Source: a virus (Duplodnaviria > Caudoviricetes). From it: a stretch of DNA of 36,861 nt. Below the pieces are notes generated by a model. The model did no database searches. It was not told the origin of the DNA and worked only from the letters and a program-made list of their open reading frames with translations. Made by a program: the position numbers and the translations under genes. Below are positions 29,355 to 35,156 of the stretch, piece after piece (position 1 is the first letter of the stretch; every line of letters starts with the position of its first letter). Location of the stretch: the IMG/VR virus record IMGVR_UViG_3300030376_003776, positions 1 to 36,861 of that record; one strand, written 5' to 3'.

Positions 29355-29531
29355 TCACTCATCAACATCGAACATACCGGTGAACAACGGACGCACACCG
29401 CTCGGTGCTGGAGCAGGGTTGTTTGTGTGAATGTCATAGTGACAGTAGGTACAAATATCCTCCATACCCCACACATAGTGCTTATCCCACTCCTTGCCGC
29501 TGATTGGCAAGTTGCAATGGTCGCAAATCAT
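29355..29531 (-). CDS. Small zinc-binding protein (58 aa)
   Basis: MICDHC..CTYC; GAAGGG RBS. Confidence 0.6.
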   Translation of the reverse strand: MICDHCNLPISGKEWDKHYVWGMEDICTYCHYDIHTNNPAPAPSGVRPLFTGMFDVDE

Positions 29532-29651
29532 TTTTCTAATTCCCTTCTCTATGGTGATAGTGATCCCGGAACCGGGGGGGCCGGCCGGCGCATCACCGGC
29601 TACGGGCCTCACGCAGCAGCGCACCCCCGCGTTGCTGGCTGGTGCGGGACA

Positions 29652-29684
29652 CGAGAAAGCCCCGACCCGCTGGGGGCCGGGGCT
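29652..29684 (-). terminator. Intrinsic terminator of the 153-aa gene
   Basis: AGCCCCGGCCC-CCAGC-GGGTCGGGGCT then TTCTC, 7 nt after the stop. Confidence 0.65.
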
Positions 29685-29691
29685 GCTCGGG

Positions 29692-30153
29692 CTATCGGGC
29701 GTGGATGTCTTTGGTGAGGGACTTCCACTCGTCGTCATCCCGTGCGACGGTCGCCTCGTCGGTGCGCTGGCGGAACGGGAGCATCGCGAGGCGGAGCGGC
29801 TTCAGGAGGTTTCCTGCGGCGGCTCGGTTCGGAAGCTCTCGGAAGGCCACGACCCGCGTCTGCTCCTCGAACTGATCGGGGTCGAACGCGTCGGGGATGT
29901 TGACTCGGGCCGTCACGCCGAGGATTGCCTGGCTGCCGACCATGCTGAGGAAGTAGCCGTTGGTGTCCTTGACGCCGGGTTCGACGCTGCCGTGAGGCGG
30001 GACCTCCATGACCCAGGTGCCCGCCTGGCGGCCCTGCATCACCTTGCGGGCGATGCCGTCGCTGCCGTCCGGCAGGCTCACCATCCCCTCGTGGATTCGA
30101 TCCAGGGCGTCTGCGAGACGCTCCTCGGTTGACATGTTCACGATATCGGTCAT
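29692..30153 (-). CDS. Hypothetical protein (153 aa) encoded inside the left arm of the fold-back
   Basis: GAAAGGAG RBS, high-GC3 codons, downstream terminator; no family recognised. Confidence 0.8.
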   Translation of the reverse strand: MTDIVNMSTEERLADALDRIHEGMVSLPDGSDGIARKVMQGRQAGTWVMEVPPHGSVEPGVKDTNGYFLSMVGSQAILGVTARVNIPDAFDPDQFEEQTRVVAFRELPNRAAAGNLLKPLRLAMLPFRQRTDEATVARDDDEWKSLTKDIHAR

Positions 30154-30671
30154 CGTGTCTCCTTTCGTAGAGGGGGCCGCGCGGCCACGTCGAGCGTCGG
30201 GTCCCTCGACGGGACGCCGTGGCATCCGTCACATGGGCCGGTCGCGGATGAGGAGGAGGAGGTAGCCAATCGGCGGAACTGGCGACGACGCAAATCGGGT
30301 GGTGTGGCATACGTCACGCCGGGGCGACGGGCGGGGGGTCGAAGCGCCGGAACCAGAGCGCAGAGTCGTAACAAGCAAAAGTTTTTTGGGGACGTCCCAA
30401 CCCACGCCGAGGAACGAGGTGTGGTAAGGACGGGTCCAAAAAAGTTTTGTGCAGGGACGACGGCGCGATCTGGGCCGGTGCTACGATCCCCCCGACCGGC
30501 GACACGGTGTGATGGATGGCACGCCGCACGATTGGCGGCGGCGACAGGCCGACGATAGGCTGCCGACGACGACGAAGTAGCAGCCGGCGCATGTGATGGA
30601 TGGCATGGTGGCCCGTTGAGGGGCTCGACGCTCGACGTGGCAGGGTGGTCCCCTCTACGGAAGGGGGCACG

Positions 30672-31185
30672 AGGGCCGATATCGGGGACATGTCAGCCGA
30701 GGTGCGGCTCGCAGACGACCGGGATCTAATCCACCCCCCTCTCTTCTCTTTTATCTTTCATTTCTCGTGATAGTGGGCGCCCAACAGAGGGGATGGTGTG
30801 ACTGCGGGACGGTAGCGGCGGCAGCGACCGTGAGGGGATGCAGGGCAGACAGGTGGGCGGCTGGGGCTTGGAGGTTCTGCGTCACGGTAGTGGCGGACCC
30901 GGCGTCGAGGACGCCGACGGCTGCTTCCTCGGCGTGGTCGGTAGTCAGGCGGTCATCGTCGTGACGGCCAGAGGCAACGTCACCGTCGTGTTCGACACCG
31001 AGCAGGTCGAGGGGCAGGCGTGGGGCGTGGACTGCCGGGAGATTACGGACCGGGCCGACGCAGGGAGCCTCATGGAGCCGCTCCGTCTCGTGGTGCTCAC
31101 GGTCCGCCTGTGCACCGTCGAGGTGACAGGCGCGCGGGATGGCGTCGAGGGGATGTTCCTCACCGAAGACAGCCTCGCCCGATAG
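30672..31185 (+). pseudogene. Non-coding inverted mimic copy of the 153-aa gene
   Basis: About 80% identical; ATG>AGG, SD AGGAG>AGGGG, in-frame TGA at codon 26, 52-nt insertion, mostly non-synonymous changes. Confidence 0.85.
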
Positions 31186-31561
31186 TCCGACAGCCACGGT
31201 CCCCATCGGGTCGGGGCACTCGGGTCACGCAGGGTTTATCGCGCCCCCCCAAGAAAGCAACGACGTGATAGTGACGCTTAAACTTGAGAGCAGGCGCGAT
31301 AAACCCAAGCCAGCAACGCGGAAATGAAACAGTCCCCCACCCCAACCCTCCGGAAGTCTTGCTTTGTTTGACCGGTGCCGGTGGTTTAAGAAGGGTGGGG
31401 GGCATTCTTCTAGCGCTGCTGCGTGCTGCCTGTAGCCGGGGATGTGCCGTGGCCCCCCCGGTATAAATAATGCTAATCAGTGTGTTGGTAGTTTTGGTTT
31501 GTTGGGTTGCCTGTTGTTTGGTTTGGGGTCGGGTCACCCCTGGGTCCCTCCGCCAGTTTAG

Positions 31562-31730
31562 GTTGGTCGCCTCTAGCAAGTAGCTTTGGTTGCTAGGCCG
31601 CATTCCCGGTGGGACATGCGGCTGCTGCCCTTCTGACGGGCGATCTCTCGGCGGCTGACCGAGGCACAACAGTTGACCGTGTTGTGTGCGGTGTGCCACG
31701 ATTATGGCGTGGCTGTGAGGCTGCGTCAAC
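31562..31730 (+). ncRNA. Multi-branch structured element (six hairpins plus closing stem)
   Basis: Six back-to-back hairpins seen by eye; RNA versus ssDNA role unknown. Confidence 0.5.
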
Positions 31731-31753
31731 TAATAAGGATATAGGTGTTGGCT

Positions 31754-31942
31754 ATGGCTGACTTGATGGTTGATGTTTTTCGGAGGATTGGTGTGCAGAA
31801 GCCCGGTGATTGGGTTGCGAAGTATCAGGCTCCAGATTCGGAGTGGGATGATGAGGAAGTGGATTGGGGATCAGATTCGGATGTACCGGTTGATCCTGCG
31901 TGCGACTTGGAAAGCCCGGAGGAGTGCGAGTCATGCCAGTAG
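31754..31942 (+). CDS. Small acidic protein ending ACDLESPEECESCQ (62 aa)
   Basis: AGGTG RBS; C-terminal CxxC. Confidence 0.65.
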   Translation: MADLMVDVFRRIGVQKPGDWVAKYQAPDSEWDDEEVDWGSDSDVPVDPACDLESPEECESCQ

Positions 31943-32010
31943 GCAGTGTCCTGTTGCTGATCCTCATTTGTGTATTTGTGATCTTTGTGATTGTAAAGGA
32001 TGGTAAGTGA
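31933..32010 (+). CDS. Possible 25-aa membrane peptide MPVGSVLLLILICVFVIFVIVKDGK
   Basis: GGAG upstream; TGATG coupling to next gene. Confidence 0.35.
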   Translation: MPVGSVLLLILICVFVIFVIVKDGK

Positions 32011-32192
32011 TGGCTGCTAGCGCGAAACATTATTTTCGAGATGGTCGGATTCATAACGGCAAGTTTCATAAGATGTCGAATGGCAAGTTGCACACTGGTG
32101 CTAGTCATACGGCGTCAAGTAAACCGTTGTTTCATTACGGCCAGTTGAGTAAGAAGGCTCAGGCAAAGGTCCGGGCAGATCGGAAGAAGTGA
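32010..32192 (+). CDS. Small basic His-rich protein (60 aa)
   Basis: HKMSNGKLHTGASHT; coupled. Confidence 0.7.
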   Translation: MAASAKHYFRDGRIHNGKFHKMSNGKLHTGASHTASSKPLFHYGQLSKKAQAKVRADRKK

Positions 32193-32392
32193 TGGCTGCT
32201 AAGAAGGTTGCGAAGAAGAAAGCGAAGTCTCGGGTTAACGAGGCTGGTAATTACACGAAGCCTACGATGCGTAAGAATCTGTTTAATCAGATTAAGGCTG
32301 GTAGCAAGGGCGGTAAGCCTGGGCAGTGGTCGGCGCGTAAGGCGCAGATGTTGGCGAAGCAGTACAAGGCTAAGGGTGGCGGTTACAAGTAA
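32192..32392 (+). CDS. Small basic protein (resembles DUF5872 N-terminal part)
   Basis: NYTKPTMRK..KGGKPGQWSARKAQ..YKAKGGGY. Confidence 0.75.
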   Translation: MAAKKVAKKKAKSRVNEAGNYTKPTMRKNLFNQIKAGSKGGKPGQWSARKAQMLAKQYKAKGGGYK

Positions 32393-32637
32393 TGGCTGCG
32401 AAGAAGAAGTCGCAGAAGTCTTTGGATCGTTGGTCGAAGCAGAAGTGGCGTACTCCGTCTGGTAAGCCGTCTGGTAAGACTGGTGAGGTGTATGCGCCTG
32501 CTGCGACAATTAAGAAGTTGAAATCTACGCCTGCTGGTCGTAAGAAGTTAGCGGCGGCTAACAAGAAGAAGCGTGAGGCTACTCGTAAGGGTAAGCAGCA
32601 TGCTCGTCATGGTTTGCATAAGGGAAAGAAGCGCTGA
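32392..32637 (+). CDS. Small basic protein (resembles DUF5872 C-terminal part)
   Basis: SQKSLDRWSKQKWRT.SGKPS..TGE.Y.P. Confidence 0.75.
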   Translation: MAAKKKSQKSLDRWSKQKWRTPSGKPSGKTGEVYAPAATIKKLKSTPAGRKKLAAANKKKREATRKGKQHARHGLHKGKKR

Positions 32638-32930
32638 TGGCTGAGAAGAAGAAAGACCCGAAGCTGGCTCGTGCTGGGGTGTCGGGTTATAACAAGCCAA
32701 AGCGGACACCAAATCATCCGAAAAAGTCGCATGTTGTTGTGGCCCGTAATAAAGCGGGTACAACGAAGTTGATTCGTTTTGGGCAGCAGGGTGTGCGTGG
32801 TGCTGGTAAGAACCCGAAGTCGGCTAAGGATAAGGCTCGTAAGAAGTCGTACTATGCACGGCATAATGCTCAGGACAGCAAGCCGGATATTCTTTCGGCG
32901 CGGTACTGGTCGCACAAGGTGAAGTGGTAA
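32637..32930 (+). CDS. Small basic phage protein (97 aa)
   Basis: GYNKPKRTPNHPKKSHVV..IRFGQQG..ARH..ARYWS.KVKW. Confidence 0.75.
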   Translation: MAEKKKDPKLARAGVSGYNKPKRTPNHPKKSHVVVARNKAGTTKLIRFGQQGVRGAGKNPKSAKDKARKKSYYARHNAQDSKPDILSARYWSHKVKW

Positions 32931-33181
32931 TGGCTCCTCGTAGGTCTAAGTCGCCTGGTAAGACTGCTAAGGCGATGAACAAGAATCCGGCGCAGCGCAA
33001 GAAGCACAATGCGCGCAATGCGAAGTATCACGACACGCCAAAGCGTCGTGCGTATCGTGCCGAGTTGGCGCGTGGCCGTCGTGCCAAGGGCATGATGGGC
33101 AAGGGCGGTCCTGATCTTCATCACAGCAAAAACGGTAAGTTGGTAAAGAAGTCGGTCAAAACTAACCGAGGCCGCAAATAA
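32930..33181 (+). CDS. Small basic protein, possibly HNH-derived
   Basis: G.G.DLHH..G..NRGR; directly before terminase. Confidence 0.6.
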   Translation: MAPRRSKSPGKTAKAMNKNPAQRKKHNARNAKYHDTPKRRAYRAELARGRRAKGMMGKGGPDLHHSKNGKLVKKSVKTNRGRK

Positions 33182-33196
33182 CACATAGGGGGCGTT

Positions 33197-35149
33197 ATGC
33201 CGTCCGGTAAACACGCTAACGTTGACGATTGGGTCAAGTACCTAATCCTGCGTCGGGGCGGCGAATCAATGCGCCAGTCCGCAATCAAAGCGGGCGTCAA
33301 CTACCACTCTGCCCGTGACAACGAAGCAGGACGCACATCTACACGAGCTTGGATGCAAGCAAAGGAACAGGTAGAGCGCATCGGCGTTTCTACCATTCCT
33401 TCGTATGACGAACTAGAACCAGACGCTCGCGAAGCATTCGACAACATCGAAGCCTTTGCACTCCGCTACTTCGGTATTATCTTGCAGCCCTGGCAGATGG
33501 AAGCAACCGAACACATCTTCACCCTCCTTGATAGCCCACAAGAGGAATACACCGTCATCAACGCGCCACCCGGCTCCGGCAAATCCACGTTTTTTGCCAA
33601 AGTGATCCCGGCATTCGCCACCTGCCGAAACCGTGCCCTGCGAGGCATGATCGGCTCATCAACCCAACGCCTAGCCGAATGGTACACACGACGCCTACGA
33701 GCAGAGTTTGAACGAGAACATGTAGCCCGAGCAGAACTTAACGACCAAAAACTTGGCCTTGCTGTCGATGCAGAACGCACCATGCAACAAGACTTTGGCG
33801 CATTTAAACCAGACGCCAAAGAAATCTGGCGCGCCGACGCATTCACAGTTTTGCAACCAGACGACCAACCCCTGTCACAGAAAGAACCAACATGGTCAGC
33901 CTTCGGCATGGACTCCGGTTTCCTGGGTGGCCGCTTTGATTTAGTTATTTGGGACGACGTTTGGGACCCGCGCAAAATGCGGAACTCCGAATCTCGCGCT
34001 GACATGTACCGATGGTGGGACGAAGTTGCAGAGACTAGACTTGAACCAGGCGGTCTGTTTATTCTTAACGGGCAGCGCATGTCGTCAGATGACATCTATC
34101 GTTATGCGTTAGATAAGAAAACTCCGCTTGATGAAGACGAAATGGTGGAGGGGGGCATGGTGTCTGGGGAGAACCCAGAACGGGATGCCTCCTTTCCTGT
34201 TGAAACACCCCCCTCCGCTCCCCATGAAGAGTCGAAATATCATCATCTGAAGTATAAAGTTCACTACGAAGATCGCTGTACAGGCGATCACGGATCGGAC
34301 GCAGCACCATACCCAGAAGGGTGTTTGCTGTATCCAAATCGTTTGCCGTGGCGCAGAGTGCGTCACATCAAAGCACAAACTCCAGACCGTTACGAAATCC
34401 TTTATCAGCAAGAAGATTCTGACCCATCGTCAGTTCTTGTTGACCCAACCTGGGTAGCAGGCGGCATGGGCACCGACGGCGTAGCCCACGTTGGTTGCTG
34501 GGACAACGACAGAGATTTGTGGGAACTTCCCATGTATCTACCGTCCGATCCCGTCATTGTTGCCTCTGCCGACCCATCACCTTCAAACTTTTGGGCCTTG
34601 CAATGCTGGGCTTACGTTGAAGAAACAGAGTACCGGTACCTTCTGGAGTCCTACAGGCGCAAAATGGACGCGCCGTCATTCTTGGACTGGAACCATGAGC
34701 AACAGACTTTTACCGGAATCGCAGAGGATTGGTGGCAAATATCGAACGATATGGGGACCCCGATACAATACTGGATCGTTGAAGCCAACGCTGCACAGAA
34801 GTTCATCCTCCAATACGACCACTTCCGCAGGTGGGCGTCCTTGCGTGGTGTGGAATTGGTTCCGCACTATACGCACTCGAAAAACAAAGGCGACCCAAAG
34901 TACGGGGTGCAAATGCTGGCCCCTTTATACCGGACTGGAAGGGTACGCCTCCCAGGTAAGCAAGGAACAGCAGCGCGTCCACACTCGCTACTTCTTGTAA
35001 ATGAAGTCACAAAGTGGAATCCTGAAGGGACAGGTTCTAGGACCGACGATTGTGTTATGGCACAATGGTTCTTTGAACACAATCTTGAAAAGATTTATAC
35101 TCCACAGGTAGAATCAGTTCGGCAATGGCGTCCGTCGTGGCTGGGTTAG
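33197..35149 (+). CDS. terL: Terminase large subunit
   Basis: NAPPGSGKST Walker A, GGRFDLVIWDD Walker B, YQQ, ADP, VEANAAQ, DDCVMAQWF. Confidence 0.93.
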   Translation: MPSGKHANVDDWVKYLILRRGGESMRQSAIKAGVNYHSARDNEAGRTSTRAWMQAKEQVERIGVSTIPSYDELEPDAREAFDNIEAFALRYFGIILQPWQMEATEHIFTLLDSPQEEYTVINAPPGSGKSTFFAKVIPAFATCRNRALRGMIGSSTQRLAEWYTRRLRAEFEREHVARAELNDQKLGLAVDAERTMQQDFGAFKPDAKEIWRADAFTVLQPDDQPLSQKEPTWSAFGMDSGFLGGRFDLVIWDDVWDPRKMRNSESRADMYRWWDEVAETRLEPGGLFILNGQRMSSDDIYRYALDKKTPLDEDEMVEGGMVSGENPERDASFPVETPPSAPHEESKYHHLKYKVHYEDRCTGDHGSDAAPYPEGCLLYPNRLPWRRVRHIKAQTPDRYEILYQQEDSDPSSVLVDPTWVAGGMGTDGVAHVGCWDNDRDLWELPMYLPSDPVIVASADPSPSNFWALQCWAYVEETEYRYLLESYRRKMDAPSFLDWNHEQQTFTGIAEDWWQISNDMGTPIQYWIVEANAAQKFILQYDHFRRWASLRGVELVPHYTHSKNKGDPKYGVQMLAPLYRTGRVRLPGKQGTAARPHSLLLVNEVTKWNPEGTGSRTDDCVMAQWFFEHNLEKIYTPQVESVRQWRPSWLG

Positions 35150-35156
35150 GTTTGGG

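Larger units (their letters stand above)
29571..31462 (+). repeat. 1.9-kb GC-rich imperfect inverted repeat (strand-specific fold-back), apex 30409-30417
   Basis: Left arm 29571-30408 aligns colinearly to the reverse complement of 30418-31462 apart from three right-arm insertions. Confidence 0.97.

Noticed and set aside
30672-31185. Diversity-generating retroelement template/variable repeat, or A-to-G editing
   Set aside because: No reverse transcriptase gene seen; the copy is inverted; C>T, C>A and T>G changes are also abundant. The pattern follows pairing stability, not adenine specificity.
30838-31185. 115-aa + strand ORF as a real paralogue
   Set aside because: It is a remnant frame of the mimic arm: upstream start lost, in-frame stop, and mostly non-synonymous changes.
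29571-31462. Assembly or amplification fold-back chimera
   Set aside because: Such artefacts give near-identical arms; these are ~80% identical with biased mismatches and self-folding insertions.
29571-31462. Insertion sequence, or HDV/obelisk-like RNA rod
   Set aside because: No transposase or target duplication; no ribozyme core found; only one polarity folds well. A long RNA hairpin is less favoured but not excluded.
29427-31729. Numerous overlapping ORFs in the GC-rich region
   Set aside because: Expected from high GC and few stop codons; no RBS or codon signal apart from 29692..30153 and 29355..29531.
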